From assembly GCA_000965745.1 (NCBI GenBank), contig CP009479.1, positions 608,001 to 672,000 of the forward strand: a stretch of 64,000 nt of DNA, given 5' to 3'. The stretch's first letter is position 1, and the number at the start of each line of letters is the position of its first letter. The notes beneath the pieces are model-generated. The model worked only from the letters and a program-made list of their open reading frames with translations. It ran no database searches and was not told the DNA's origin. Position numbers and translations under genes: made by a program. Of the stretch, positions 27,330 to 38,035 are shown piece by piece. The stretch comes from an uncultured archaeon (lineage in GTDB: Archaea > Thermoplasmatota > Thermoplasmata > Thermoplasmatales > Thermoplasmataceae).

Positions 27330-27998
27330 ATGAGTACAGAAAGAGCTGCCTTCATAACTGGAGGTACGTCTGGACTGGGCAACTCTCTGGTGAGATTGTT
27401 TCTTGACAATGGCTGGAAAGTTGCCACCTGTGGAAGGAGGAAAAACCTCCTGGATGAGCTCGCCCGGGATCACGGAGATGATCTGCTTGCACTGGCATGC
27501 GACATTAGATTTGACAACCACCTTGATTCAGTAATTGAGCGAATTGAAGAAAAGTGGGGGAGCATCGACCTTATAGTGCTGAATGCCGGGGAGGTTGGTC
27601 CGGTTCCACTTCCGGAGGTGTATGGAACAACCTTGATGGACTTGAGGAAGACTATGGAAACAAATTTCTTTGCCAATTTCAATATAATCAGGAAATTTGC
27701 AGGCCTGATGAAAAATCCATCTCTCATTGCCCATATCACCTCAGATGCTTCTTCATCACCTTATCCGGGCTGGGGAGCATACGGAAGTTCCAAGGCTGCA
27801 ATGGATCAGCTAATCAGGATACTGGATGAGGAGTCAAAGTGTTCGGGCATAAACGCTTTCTCTTTCGATCCGGGAGACATGAGAACAGAAATGCACAGAA
27901 AGGCCATTCCAGAGGATGATCCGGATTCGTTAAAGGAGCCTGATGTTTCAGCTCTTGAGCTTTTCTCAATTGTTGAGAAGAAACTGGGTGTGAGATAG
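27330..27998 (+). CDS. Short-chain dehydrogenase/reductase
   Basis: TGGTSGLG, NAG, YGSSKAA. Confidence 0.9.
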   Translation: MSTERAAFITGGTSGLGNSLVRLFLDNGWKVATCGRRKNLLDELARDHGDDLLALACDIRFDNHLDSVIERIEEKWGSIDLIVLNAGEVGPVPLPEVYGTTLMDLRKTMETNFFANFNIIRKFAGLMKNPSLIAHITSDASSSPYPGWGAYGSSKAAMDQLIRILDEESKCSGINAFSFDPGDMRTEMHRKAIPEDDPDSLKEPDVSALELFSIVEKKLGVR

Positions 27999-29054
27999 AT
28001 GGTTTTTCCAGGCGCGGATGGAGTAACGAGTGTTCCTGAATCCCATCTGCCCGCAGGCTTTCTTGGGGGTAGAAGGGACGGGGTGAAACTCCTGGTTGTT
28101 GACAGGAAGGGGGGAGCCATATCATCGGATATTTTCATGAATCTGTCAGAATACATCAATGAAGGGGATCTGCTCGTTGTAAACAACAGCAGGATCATCA
28201 AGGCATCATTAAGTGCTTACTTCCCCAGGCTGGGTAAATATGGGGACTTTAATTTTGGTACCAGCCGGAAAGGTGGTATGGTTCTTGCCGAGCCAAGGCC
28301 AAAGGAGTTGAACAGAGATCTCCGTGCAAATGATGAGGTTCAGCTCATAGGGCCCGATGTTTCGGCAAAGCTTATACGGAAACATGAGGAGTTTGAGCGT
28401 TTCTGGTGGATTGATCCAGGTGTCGATGGAAATAACCTCATGACTGTCATGAAGAGTTATGGAAAGCCCATAACCTATAGCCATGTTGCATTCCCTGTTT
28501 CCGAAGACGAATATCTGACAGAGTTTTCCAGGGTACCGGGTTCTGTGGAGCCTCCATCGGCTGGCATACCGTTCACTGAGGAAGTTTTGGATGATGTTGA
28601 AGGGGCAGGAGCAGAAATTGCCGAGTTGACACTCCACTGTAACCTCGGGTCCCTCGAGTTTTTTGAATTCAGCAAAAAGGAAAGGCTTCTGAATGAGGAA
28701 TATAGCATTCCAGGAAGAACTCTGAGAAAAATGGTGGAAACAAGGAGCAATGGTGGAAGGGTAATAGCAGTGGGGACGACTGTCGTCAGGGCTCTTGAGT
28801 CATACGCTTTGGAAAATAGTATCGATTACAGGGAAGAAGGTTCATATGAAGGTTCGACAGATATTTTCATAAAGAGAGGTTTTAACTTCAGGGCAGTTGA
28901 TGGACTGATAACAGGAATGCATGATGGTGGGAGTTCTCACATCGATATGATATCCGCCCTAGTAGGTCCAGAAATGCTTCAGACTGCATACGGGCTTGCT
29001 GTCCAGTGGGGATACCTGTGGCACGAGTTTGGCGATATGACGATGATACTGTAG
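27999..29054 (+). CDS. QueA-like protein (SAM:tRNA ribosyltransferase-isomerase family paralogue)
   Basis: GDLLVVNNSR, PGSVEPPSAG.PFT, VIAVGTTVVRALES, DGLITGMH...SSH, YLWHEFGD. Confidence 0.85.
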   Translation: MVFPGADGVTSVPESHLPAGFLGGRRDGVKLLVVDRKGGAISSDIFMNLSEYINEGDLLVVNNSRIIKASLSAYFPRLGKYGDFNFGTSRKGGMVLAEPRPKELNRDLRANDEVQLIGPDVSAKLIRKHEEFERFWWIDPGVDGNNLMTVMKSYGKPITYSHVAFPVSEDEYLTEFSRVPGSVEPPSAGIPFTEEVLDDVEGAGAEIAELTLHCNLGSLEFFEFSKKERLLNEEYSIPGRTLRKMVETRSNGGRVIAVGTTVVRALESYALENSIDYREEGSYEGSTDIFIKRGFNFRAVDGLITGMHDGGSSHIDMISALVGPEMLQTAYGLAVQWGYLWHEFGDMTMIL

Positions 29055-29099
29055 CGATTGTACCAAAATTAGCTAATATCTATTAATATTTCAACAGCA

Positions 29100-29606
29100 A
29101 TGAAAAATTCACTGAAGATAGCTGCAGGAGTTGTTGCTGCAATAGCAATAGCCTCCGGCGCTTTTTTTGCTCTGAATTACAATAACAGCAGCGGAACGTT
29201 GAAAGTGTATGTGCATGATCTGCCTGCAACGAACGTCAGCAGTGTTTACATTACATTCTCAGAAATTTCGATTCATGGAAACCAGAGCGGTTGGAAGAAT
29301 TATTCAATAGGGCATGAAACTGTGAATATACTGGGGACAGCTTCCAGCAGTTCCACATTGCTGAAATCAGTAACACTCAACGCTGAGAAATACACAATGA
29401 TAAGGCTCTACATACAGACAGTGAACGTCACGATTGGTGGAAAGAATATCACATTCAACATGTCATCTCCATACGCATTCATAAACCACCCGTTTGATGT
29501 GAAATCAAATTCATCAACCACGATCAATTTCGATTTCCACTTGAACAAGGACCTGAACTTGAATTCTAAAGTATTCACTCCAAATATAGGATATTCAATT
29601 TCATAA
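29100..29606 (+). CDS. Secreted/membrane-anchored DUF4382-like protein
   Basis: N-terminal signal; GTLKVYVHDLP...VYITFSEISIH; beta-rich. Confidence 0.7.
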   Translation: MKNSLKIAAGVVAAIAIASGAFFALNYNNSSGTLKVYVHDLPATNVSSVYITFSEISIHGNQSGWKNYSIGHETVNILGTASSSSTLLKSVTLNAEKYTMIRLYIQTVNVTIGGKNITFNMSSPYAFINHPFDVKSNSSTTINFDFHLNKDLNLNSKVFTPNIGYSIS

Positions 29607-29723
29607 GTTCCATAATTTTTAACCGGTTGATGAGGGGGCCTTCCTCTTTCAACATATTTTGGCTCACATGTAAAATATGCTGAAAACATATAATATTCCA
29701 GAAACAATTCATGGGTGATAACA

Positions 29724-29891
29724 ATGCCAATTGATATTCAGAAGCGCATGAAGGTCCAGGCAGAACTTGCATACACGAATGAGAGGATCGCCCAGATCAG
29801 GGCAAACATAGATGAGCAGGGATATAACAAATACGAATACGATAACCTGGTAAAAAAGAGAGAGGAATTATTGAACCAATTGAATGCATGA
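29724..29891 (+). CDS. 55-aa coiled-coil hypothetical protein (not in ORF track)
   Basis: GGTGA SD, then MPIDIQKRMKVQAELAYTNERIAQIRANIDEQGYNKYEYDNLVKKREELLNQLNA. Confidence 0.6.
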   Translation: MPIDIQKRMKVQAELAYTNERIAQIRANIDEQGYNKYEYDNLVKKREELLNQLNA

Positions 29892-29913
29892 TAGGGGGAG
29901 AGGGGTGTATTTC

Positions 29914-30999
29914 CTATGGAACCATTTTTGGCCTGGACACCTTCGAGTTGAATTTCTTACCCCTGATTTCGATCTCAACTTCAGTACCTGCTTTCATGAA
30001 TTTCATGTCAATAAATCCGAGACCAATCCCCTTCTTCAATACGGGAGAAAGGGTTCCGCTTGTTATTTTTCCAACATCTTTTCCGTCGGATAATATCCTG
30101 CACTCTTCTCTGGGTATTCCTCTGTCATCAATTATGAATCCCCTGAATCTCAACTTAGATTTGTCCTTGCTCTCAAGGGCTTTTTCTTTTCCTACAAAAT
30201 CATGATCTATATCCATGATGAAGGATATTGAACATTCATAGGGCGTTCTGTTTCTGTTGAAATCATGGCCGGAAAGGAGCATGCCTTTCTCCATTCTGAG
30301 TGTATCCCTGGCTCCAAGGCCACAAGGAAGCCCGTTGTACTTTTTCATAAAACCCATGAGTTTATCCCAAAGGTCACCTGCATATTCATTTGGAAGTATG
30401 AATTCCACTCCACTTTCTCCAGTGTAACCTGTTCCGGAAACAATCATCTTCCTGTTCTTTGTCATAGGGTTTTCGAATTCTATGTCTACCTGATAAAAAG
30501 TAAAAGCTTCCGGTAGATGATATCCCATTTCCTTAAGAATGTTTTCACTATCAGGTCCCTGGAGAGCAATGCTGGAAAGTTTGTATGAATAATTCTCAAC
30601 CTCTATCTCAAAACCTTCCTTATGCTCATCAATCCATTCAAGAATCTGTTCTGTAGGACCGGCATTCGGGACGAAGAAGAACTCATTCTCACTCAACCTG
30701 TAGATAATTGTATCATCAATAATACATCCATTTTCATCCAGAAAAGCTGTGTATACACATTTCCCATCCTCGAGCTTTGATGCTCTTGTGGGCAGTATGT
30801 AGTCAACAAATGCAGAAGCATCCTTTCCTTTGATGGCAACATCTCCCATATGCGATACATCAAAAATTCCAGCGTGATTTCTCACTGCCATGTGTTCATC
30901 CATTATCCTCGTGTACTGGAGAGGCATATCCCACCCAGAAAACTCAGTCATTTTAGCTCCCGTTTCTATATGTTTATCAAAAAGTGCCGTTTTCTTCAT
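29914..30999 (-). CDS. gcvT: Glycine cleavage system aminomethyltransferase T
   Basis: FSGWDMPLQY, GIFDVSHMG, TGYTGESGVE, GLGARDTLRMEKG. Confidence 0.95.
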   Translation of the reverse strand: MKKTALFDKHIETGAKMTEFSGWDMPLQYTRIMDEHMAVRNHAGIFDVSHMGDVAIKGKDASAFVDYILPTRASKLEDGKCVYTAFLDENGCIIDDTIIYRLSENEFFFVPNAGPTEQILEWIDEHKEGFEIEVENYSYKLSSIALQGPDSENILKEMGYHLPEAFTFYQVDIEFENPMTKNRKMIVSGTGYTGESGVEFILPNEYAGDLWDKLMGFMKKYNGLPCGLGARDTLRMEKGMLLSGHDFNRNRTPYECSISFIMDIDHDFVGKEKALESKDKSKLRFRGFIIDDRGIPREECRILSDGKDVGKITSGTLSPVLKKGIGLGFIDMKFMKAGTEVEIEIRGKKFNSKVSRPKMVP

Positions 31000-31017
31000 G
31001 CTACCACCCACGGTCTG

Positions 31018-31623
31018 TTATGTTCCAGTGGAAGAGTACCCCCCTCCCCCTATAATATCAGTAAACAGCTTGTGTATTCTTATATCTTGCGTGAGCTCAG
31101 GGTGAAATGTCATACCAAGTATATTTCCACTCCGAACCATTATTGCGTTTCCTTCATGTTCTGAAAGAACCTCTGCATTTTCAACTGATTCTATAACAGG
31201 AGCCCTGATGAACACAGCCTTGAATCTTCCCAGCCCTTTTATCTCAACCTCGTCAATGAATGAATTGATCTGCCTTCCGTACGCATTCCTGTTGATCCTC
31301 ACATCAAGAGCCCCCATCCCCTCAACACGTTCATCGCCTGTATCCCTTGACAGCAAAATTACGCCTGCGCATGTTCCCATGACTGGCAGGCCCCTTTCAA
31401 TCCTCTCTTTAATCAGATCATATATTGAATACTGTTTCAGGAGCTTGTAAATTGTAGTGCTTTCCCCTCCGGGTATTATGAGGCCGTCTATCCCCTCAAG
31501 ATCTTCTTTCTTCCTGATCAGCCTCACACTGATTTCCATACCTTCCTCCCTCGAAAGCCGTTGCAGGATGTCTGAATGTTCAGACACATCACCCTGGAAG
31601 CCTACAATTCCAATAATCACCAT
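31018..31623 (-). CDS. pdxT: PLP synthase glutaminase subunit
   Basis: IPGGESTTI, GTCAG, RNAYGRQ, FIRAP, FHPEL. Confidence 0.95.
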   Translation of the reverse strand: MVIIGIVGFQGDVSEHSDILQRLSREEGMEISVRLIRKKEDLEGIDGLIIPGGESTTIYKLLKQYSIYDLIKERIERGLPVMGTCAGVILLSRDTGDERVEGMGALDVRINRNAYGRQINSFIDEVEIKGLGRFKAVFIRAPVIESVENAEVLSEHEGNAIMVRSGNILGMTFHPELTQDIRIHKLFTDIIGGGGYSSTGT

Positions 31624-31654
31624 TCTGAATTTATTACAGTGTAATATTGTTTTT

Positions 31655-33151
31655 CTAACCCTTTCTCGACAGGAGAAGCCTTCTTGTGTAGTAGTACAGT
31701 GCAGCAGACCCTGCTATCAATACGACTGCAATGAGCCCATGTTCCTGGTAAAACGGAACATAAGCGAAATTATGATCCACTGATATCCCATACCCTAGAT
31801 TGGCAAGTGTAGTTCCGGAAGACCCCGTTGAGTTATATGGCCTTTCATTCAGGGGAATCTGGAACACCATTGGAAACAGCGATGATACAGTGGTTATGCC
31901 ATGATATGTTGCTGGACCAAAGTCATAGGTTTCAGGCATCAGGTTCATAATGGCCGGGCTGAACGTAAGGGGAGCCCTCTCAATACTTCCGCCGCTGTAT
32001 GCCTCGTTGAAATTAAAAAAATCAAGGGGCAGGTTGGATTCCTGCACAAGCCTGTTCAATGCAGGGAGCTTCCAGTTAAAGTCTATGAATGCCAGGATAG
32101 ATGTATGGCTCAACACTGTTTTTGAGACGTAATTTTCCTTGGCGTATGGAGAAATCACAATCAAGGGTACCCTGAATCCGAGCTGATGCCCGGCAACAAC
32201 CGGTGGCGGTACATGATCATAATAACCCCCACCCTCGTCGTAGTTGATGAATATGGCTGTTGAATTCCACTCAGGGCTGTGCATTATCTTGTTTACCGTG
32301 TATAGAAGCCACAATTCCCCTGCAAGCATGTTGTATGAGGGATGCTGGCTGTATTTCTCAGCACCTGCATGTATGGGCATCAGCCATGATACTGACGGAA
32401 GGGTGTTGTTTGCCAGCTGGCTGTAGAAAGTGCTCCAGTTCCGTAAGTTTGAAGAATAATCTCCTATGTTGTGGATGAGTGACATCGGGCTCATAATTCT
32501 ATCAGTGCTGTTGAGGTAATATCCCCACGTTATGTTGTTTGAGGACAGCTGGTGAAATACAGTCTGGTTGTATGAAATGTAAGGAGGCGGACCATAATCG
32601 TTTATTACAGGGGAGAATCCGGCAAGTCCGAAAAGCCTGTTGGGGACGGTCTCACTGAGAATGCTGCTGAAATACATATCTCCGAGTGCATACTGCTGAG
32701 CCATCACCCACTCCACTGCCATCTGTGAGGCAGTGAAATATTTGAGGGAATTGGGGCCGGAGTTCTTTAGAAAACCATTCATTTTACCGTTGTTCCAGTC
32801 AAGGTGATATGCACTGTAGCCTTCCTCAGGGTTTCCCGTGGAAAATGAGCCATTGGCCACAGGGGTAAGACTCTCGGTCATGTTTCCCGGAAGCAGGTTC
32901 ACAGGCCTGGTTATTGAGGATATCAGGGACTGGTTGGATGCATTCTGGTCGAGAGGGTACTTACCGAAAATATTATCGAAACTGTGGTTTTCCATCGTTA
33001 TTATTATCACATGCTTTATAGGGGTCGATGTTCCACCTGATTCAGCTGCTGCAACTGGAATGGAGAGCGTCCATGAAAGAAGCACCAAAACCATGGAGAG
33101 AACAAGGATTCTTGTTCCCGCAGTTCCATGCCTGCGCGGCCCATTTGTCAT
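31655..33151 (-). CDS. Secreted phosphoesterase / phospholipase C family, C-terminal TM anchor
   Basis: ENHSFDN, TVPNR, YDEGGGYYDHVPPP, GFRVP. Confidence 0.9.
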   Translation of the reverse strand: MTNGPRRHGTAGTRILVLSMVLVLLSWTLSIPVAAAESGGTSTPIKHVIIITMENHSFDNIFGKYPLDQNASNQSLISSITRPVNLLPGNMTESLTPVANGSFSTGNPEEGYSAYHLDWNNGKMNGFLKNSGPNSLKYFTASQMAVEWVMAQQYALGDMYFSSILSETVPNRLFGLAGFSPVINDYGPPPYISYNQTVFHQLSSNNITWGYYLNSTDRIMSPMSLIHNIGDYSSNLRNWSTFYSQLANNTLPSVSWLMPIHAGAEKYSQHPSYNMLAGELWLLYTVNKIMHSPEWNSTAIFINYDEGGGYYDHVPPPVVAGHQLGFRVPLIVISPYAKENYVSKTVLSHTSILAFIDFNWKLPALNRLVQESNLPLDFFNFNEAYSGGSIERAPLTFSPAIMNLMPETYDFGPATYHGITTVSSLFPMVFQIPLNERPYNSTGSSGTTLANLGYGISVDHNFAYVPFYQEHGLIAVVLIAGSAALYYYTRRLLLSRKG

Positions 33152-33735
33152 TTCCCACCCATCCCTGAACCACCGGGTTTCTTAAGTATGGCATGCCTGA
33201 AAATGACTGTTGAAGCAAAAAATAAGAAAATTTCTGCAGAAAGTGCTATAAGTGGAAGATTGGAATAATTCATGTAAGTGTATATATAGAAGAGCACAAA
33301 GAAAACAGCGGGGGACCCGCTGCCCATAGAGATGAAGTGCATGACGGAAAGTATACTGCCTCTCAGCTCACCGGCAACTTTTGAGATCGAGTGAGCCACA
33401 AGAGCATTTGACGACATATTGAAAAACGCCAGTATCCCGAACTCTTCAATTGGCATTGCAGGAGACTCCTTGATTATCGCATACGCCAGAAGTGCTGCCG
33501 CGGCAGATATTGTGAAGAGTACCGGTCCTGCAGGCATATTAGACCTTGCAGAAACGAGTCCTGTGGCAGAAAAAACAAAACCCCCGGCAACCAGGGCGCC
33601 GAGAAGAACAATGATCTGCAGAGATGCGCCGATGGAGTATATGAGTCCAATTACGAGAAACAGTGAAAATGGGACAACACCATTCATCATGAATCCCACT
33701 GCAAGAAGAGGAATTATGATTCTGTTTCTGCCCAT
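33148..33735 (-). CDS. Membrane protein
   Basis: About six hydrophobic segments; overlaps both neighbours. Confidence 0.65.
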   Translation of the reverse strand: MGRNRIIIPLLAVGFMMNGVVPFSLFLVIGLIYSIGASLQIIVLLGALVAGGFVFSATGLVSARSNMPAGPVLFTISAAAALLAYAIIKESPAMPIEEFGILAFFNMSSNALVAHSISKVAGELRGSILSVMHFISMGSGSPAVFFVLFYIYTYMNYSNLPLIALSAEIFLFFASTVIFRHAILKKPGGSGMGGK

Positions 33736-35084
33736 GTTACACCAACAGCTCCTGTGCTTCGAAAAGCATCCTTCACAACCTTCTCAACCGAACCCAGATT
33801 CAAAGGATCGTATATTGTGGTACCATCCCGCCTCCTTAGAATATCTTCCGGGAAAAGTGCGCACTCATTAATGATGTATTCCCGGAACGGATTCCCGCTT
33901 TCTGGCCTTCTGTAATCCATAACCGGAAGATTGCTCGTTCTTATGCGTATTCCGCAGAACTTCCCAACCTCCCTGGCAATCTTCCTGGAAGCATGCCTGA
34001 AATCTGTGAGTTTTACTCCTGCCACCGATATCATTCTTCCATGGGTAAATATTGAAAAATCCCGCGATATTCTGTCAGGGTTGTCTCCCCTTCCCAGTAG
34101 GGGCCTGATCCCGCTGTATTTGGCCAGCACATTATTTCTGGAAAGATTGGGAAACAGCCTTTTTACACTGTTAACGATATAATCAACATCATCATTTTCA
34201 ACAGACAGGTCAGAAGGGCCTCTGACCAGGCTTTCTGTCGTGCCTATAATTGCTACTGAATCCCTTGGAATAACAAACATCTGTCTCCTGTCAATGTGTG
34301 ACCTGAATGTTATTGCCCTTTCCGCGGGAACATCTTTCTTATCGAAAACAAGGTGGACCCCCTTGCTAAGTTTAAGCGGTATATTGATTTCCGGCTTGTA
34401 GAGACTGAGAACTTTGTTTATCCATGGACCGGTACAGTTTACCACAACGTCTGCAGTGATAGAAAATTCTCTCCCGCCTGTATTGTCTCTGAGGGTGACC
34501 TCAACACCATCTTTTCTGTCACTGAATGATACTGCTTCAGTGTAGTTCAGGCAATAAGCCCCCCTGTCATGTGCTGACACTATATTGTAAATGACAAGTC
34601 TCGAATCATCAGTAACACCATCATAATAATGAAAAAAGCCCTTTACCGATCTTTCATACTCGCCGTTGTTTCTTTTCATCCTGGGAATTTCAGGCTTCCC
34701 TCCCAGCAGAGAGTAGAGAAAGAGCCCCAGGCGCATATATGACGGGGACCAGGAATAATTGTCAATCAGAATGTCAAAATCCAGCCTCTTGACAATGTCT
34801 GTGTTCTCAATAAGGTAGTTCCTCTCTCTAAGAAGATCTCTGGTGAGTTTTACATGCCCTTGGGCAAGGTACCTTATGCCGCCATGGATTAGCTTCGATG
34901 AACCGGAACTTGTTCCGGAGGCAAAATCCCCCTTCTCGACAAGAACAGTCTCCACTTTGTTATGGGACAGCAGGTTTGCAAGACCCGCCCCGACTATGCC
35001 TCCACCGATTATGAGGCATGTCACGTGCCTGCCGTTGAGGTTTTTGATATCGTCCTTTCTGGTTCTGTAAGAGAATTCCACCAT
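33714..35084 (-). CDS. glpD: FAD-dependent glycerol-3-phosphate dehydrogenase
   Basis: GGGIVGAG, DFASGTSSGSSKLIHGGIRYL, SKGVH, SGIRPL. Confidence 0.85.
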   Translation of the reverse strand: MVEFSYRTRKDDIKNLNGRHVTCLIIGGGIVGAGLANLLSHNKVETVLVEKGDFASGTSSGSSKLIHGGIRYLAQGHVKLTRDLLRERNYLIENTDIVKRLDFDILIDNYSWSPSYMRLGLFLYSLLGGKPEIPRMKRNNGEYERSVKGFFHYYDGVTDDSRLVIYNIVSAHDRGAYCLNYTEAVSFSDRKDGVEVTLRDNTGGREFSITADVVVNCTGPWINKVLSLYKPEINIPLKLSKGVHLVFDKKDVPAERAITFRSHIDRRQMFVIPRDSVAIIGTTESLVRGPSDLSVENDDVDYIVNSVKRLFPNLSRNNVLAKYSGIRPLLGRGDNPDRISRDFSIFTHGRMISVAGVKLTDFRHASRKIAREVGKFCGIRIRTSNLPVMDYRRPESGNPFREYIINECALFPEDILRRRDGTTIYDPLNLGSVEKVVKDAFRSTGAVGVTWAETES

Positions 35085-35182
35085 TTTTCAGCTTCAACAT
35101 GAAGTCTGACATTTACTTTTAACTTTATCCAACTGCACAGTTATTTAGTTGAATAAAACTGATGAAAAATCGGACAGGGGCC

Positions 35183-35542
35183 TTATTTCCTGCCCTCTTT
35201 TCCAACATACCTGACCTCGAAGGTAAGGCAGCCACTATCTGTAATCCATGGCCCATGGGGCATTCCAGGAGGCCTGCAGGCAAACATTCCCTTCGTGAAG
35301 GTCTTGTTCAATGTCAGGTCGTGAATGTACCCTTCAAGGATGTATACCTCTTCCCAGACATCGTGCCTCAGTATGCCGTTGGGGCTGGTATCAGTCCCGG
35401 GCTCAAACTTCAGGATCCTAGAGACAACGCCGCTCTCATGATCGCGTGCAAGTATTCTTTCGTAGAGCCCTTCTGCCCTTCCTTCACACTTCGTCCATTC
35501 TACTGTTGTACTGTCATAAAATTCGTACTCCGGTTTTGACAT
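35183..35542 (-). CDS. Cupin (ChrR-like)
   Basis: HDVWEEVYILEG, CRPPGMPHGPW. Confidence 0.85.
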   Translation of the reverse strand: MSKPEYEFYDSTTVEWTKCEGRAEGLYERILARDHESGVVSRILKFEPGTDTSPNGILRHDVWEEVYILEGYIHDLTLNKTFTKGMFACRPPGMPHGPWITDSGCLTFEVRYVGKEGRK

Positions 35543-37014
35543 CAGTTTTTCCCTCCTTTTTCACTCGCCCCGGTTGAGAAGTCATAGTTGTGCATGAAGC
35601 TGTCCACCATTTCTACTGGTTCGTCATACCCATAATTTCTGAACGAGTAGTTCTTTGCCACAAAAGGCGCTCCTGCGTAAAACATCTCATACTGATGGTG
35701 CCTTCCCGCGAATTCTGATCCTATCACATCCCATGCAAGCCTGAACAGTTTGATTCTTTCCTCAGATGTTGCGTTAGAGGACCTTATGTAAGTGGATATG
35801 TCATCCCTGGTCTCAGGGTTGATCATTTCATGGATGCTGGAAGGGAGCTGAAGGACTCCTGCCCCACACAACTCTCTCAGAATATGGAGGGCTCTTGGAT
35901 AGAGGTCGGCCTGCATTCCCATTGCACCGTACAGGAACCTCGGGTTGGGTGAAATCACTCCAGCGGGGCGCTCCATAGCTGTGGACTCTGACGCCTGCAC
36001 CATGCCTTCAACAATGGATGACAGTGATGCAAGCTCACCCAGTTTTTCGACGACTCCCGGTATCTTGTCTATGCCATTCATGGCTGTCACCTTTCTGGCA
36101 ATCCCTATCAGGAACTTCATTTTCACTGACAGCCGAATCTGGGCCTGATTGTTTCCGAGAACGTGGGCAGCAGTTTCGAAAAACTGGGCCTGAAGCAGTG
36201 AAATGTCCCGGTAAACAAACACATTCTCCCAAGGCACAAAGACATCGTCAAAAACAAGGAAGGCGTCAGACTCATCGAATCTCGTTGACATTGGATAGTC
36301 AAACGTTCCAGACTTATCGACCGCGTATGGTTTTCTGCAGTACAGCTTCAGCCCCTTTGCGTTTACTGGCAGAGCAAAGGAAAGGGCATAGTCTTCGTCT
36401 CCGGGCTTCAACGGTGGTATGCAGCTGACAAAAATATAGTCAGATACCGCTGATCCTGTTCCAAGCATCTGGGCTCCCCTGATCACAATGCCTTTGTCAT
36501 TCTCTGAAAGCACTCCTACCTGGGTAAACCTGTTTTCCTGATCCTGGGCTGTTTTGCTCCTGTCATTTTGCGGAGGTATGATCGCATAGGTGACGTAAAG
36601 GTCCTCAGATACAACCTTGTGGTAGAAATTTATGACATTATCTGCAAATTCAGGTTTTCCTCTTGCGAAAACTTCCGGTTTTCCTGCGAATCCAGCAAGA
36701 AAACCTCCCACATGGTCAGGGCTGCGCCCAACAAAACCTGCTGTGAGCTTGGCCCATTTGTAGATTGCCTCGTGCCTGTCTGCCTGGTCCTGCTTGGTTC
36801 TAGGGATAATGAAGACATTGTTGCCCTCTGAACCCCACTCGGTTTTGAAAATCATGCCATTATCAGGATCAGAGCTGAAATCATACATCCCGGACAGTGT
36901 CTCTATTATCCCTTTGAATGCAGGATGCTCTCTAACGTCTGATACTTCAATCCCGTTGATGTATACTTTTCGTCCATCATTCAGCGAATCAACATACTCT
37001 TTTCCAGTTCTCAT
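35542..37014 (-). CDS. HpaB-family two-component flavin monooxygenase, oxygenase subunit
   Basis: MRTGKEYVDSLNDGR, GRSPDH, RFDESD, EFAGRHHQYEMFYAG. Confidence 0.9.
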   Translation of the reverse strand: MRTGKEYVDSLNDGRKVYINGIEVSDVREHPAFKGIIETLSGMYDFSSDPDNGMIFKTEWGSEGNNVFIIPRTKQDQADRHEAIYKWAKLTAGFVGRSPDHVGGFLAGFAGKPEVFARGKPEFADNVINFYHKVVSEDLYVTYAIIPPQNDRSKTAQDQENRFTQVGVLSENDKGIVIRGAQMLGTGSAVSDYIFVSCIPPLKPGDEDYALSFALPVNAKGLKLYCRKPYAVDKSGTFDYPMSTRFDESDAFLVFDDVFVPWENVFVYRDISLLQAQFFETAAHVLGNNQAQIRLSVKMKFLIGIARKVTAMNGIDKIPGVVEKLGELASLSSIVEGMVQASESTAMERPAGVISPNPRFLYGAMGMQADLYPRALHILRELCGAGVLQLPSSIHEMINPETRDDISTYIRSSNATSEERIKLFRLAWDVIGSEFAGRHHQYEMFYAGAPFVAKNYSFRNYGYDEPVEMVDSFMHNYDFSTGASEKGGKN

Positions 37015-37020
37015 AAACCA

Positions 37021-37689
37021 TCAATCCCCGATTTTTACAGTGTAGCTGTGATGAAGAACGGCTCCGGTCGAAGGCACTCTCAGCTCTACCTCAAATTCAT
37101 CTCCATACACAAAATTGCCAGCAAGCAGCGGCAACGTGCCCAGAAACAGGACTGAATTCTCAAGGCTCACGTCAACTGTTGATTTCAGCTCTTTAAGGAG
37201 ATCCGGTATGTCCATGATCTGAGAAACACTCCCTTCCTGGTATTTCACCATTCCCGAGCCCGTTTTTACCCAGCTCCTTATCTCGATGCTATCCCACACG
37301 CTCTTCAGGCTGCCGTATTCCATCACGTCACAGGATATGGGTTTCTGGCAGGAAGACTTGCTCTCAGCTATGCTCTCCTTCTCTACATCTCTCGCTGTAT
37401 GGTCGCTTCCTACACCGATGAACAGCTCACCTTTCACATTTATGAGCACAGGCTCAACCTCACCTGAAGATTCCCTGCTGCTTACAGTGATTCTATCAAA
37501 GGTTGAAACAAGATCAGGATTGAGCACAAAGAATGCCGGGACCCTTTCCGGGACTGGGACCCCTATGTCGGCAAGCTCCTTTATGTGCCGTTCCGTGCTA
37601 GCCCTGTCTTTTCCGGTGAAACCGGCTATGATAAGTGATGACGGCTTGAAATCAAGTGTTCTGTCCCTTCCCATGACATTTAGTTTCAT
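37021..37689 (-). CDS. DUF2848 (FAH-like) protein
   Basis: IAGFTGKD...HIKEL, SSGEVEP, GVGSDHTAR. Confidence 0.8.
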   Translation of the reverse strand: MKLNVMGRDRTLDFKPSSLIIAGFTGKDRASTERHIKELADIGVPVPERVPAFFVLNPDLVSTFDRITVSSRESSGEVEPVLINVKGELFIGVGSDHTARDVEKESIAESKSSCQKPISCDVMEYGSLKSVWDSIEIRSWVKTGSGMVKYQEGSVSQIMDIPDLLKELKSTVDVSLENSVLFLGTLPLLAGNFVYGDEFEVELRVPSTGAVLHHSYTVKIGD

Positions 37690-38035
37690 TGAGGCTCAAT
37701 CAGCTGATTATATTTAAAATTCCTATGCACCCTTACTGTAGGGCTAATCTGCCTATTCCGGCAAGCTCTGGCAATGTTAATATATGTGCGTTGAAGTAAG
37801 AAAAATTGTGGGAGTGAAAGCTGGATACATGAAAGAAACAGTGATAATTTCATACCGGAATAATGTCAACTGCATCTCGTCGGGTTACTTTTTATTATAA
37901 TGGCAAAAGTTCCAAACCGCCAGGAAAATGCCTAAAAAACTATTTTTTTGAAGCCTTGCAGCATCTTCGATCTTAAAATTTTAATAGGTATATTATGACG
38001 GCAACTATTTTATATATCCTACCTGTTCGCGACGC

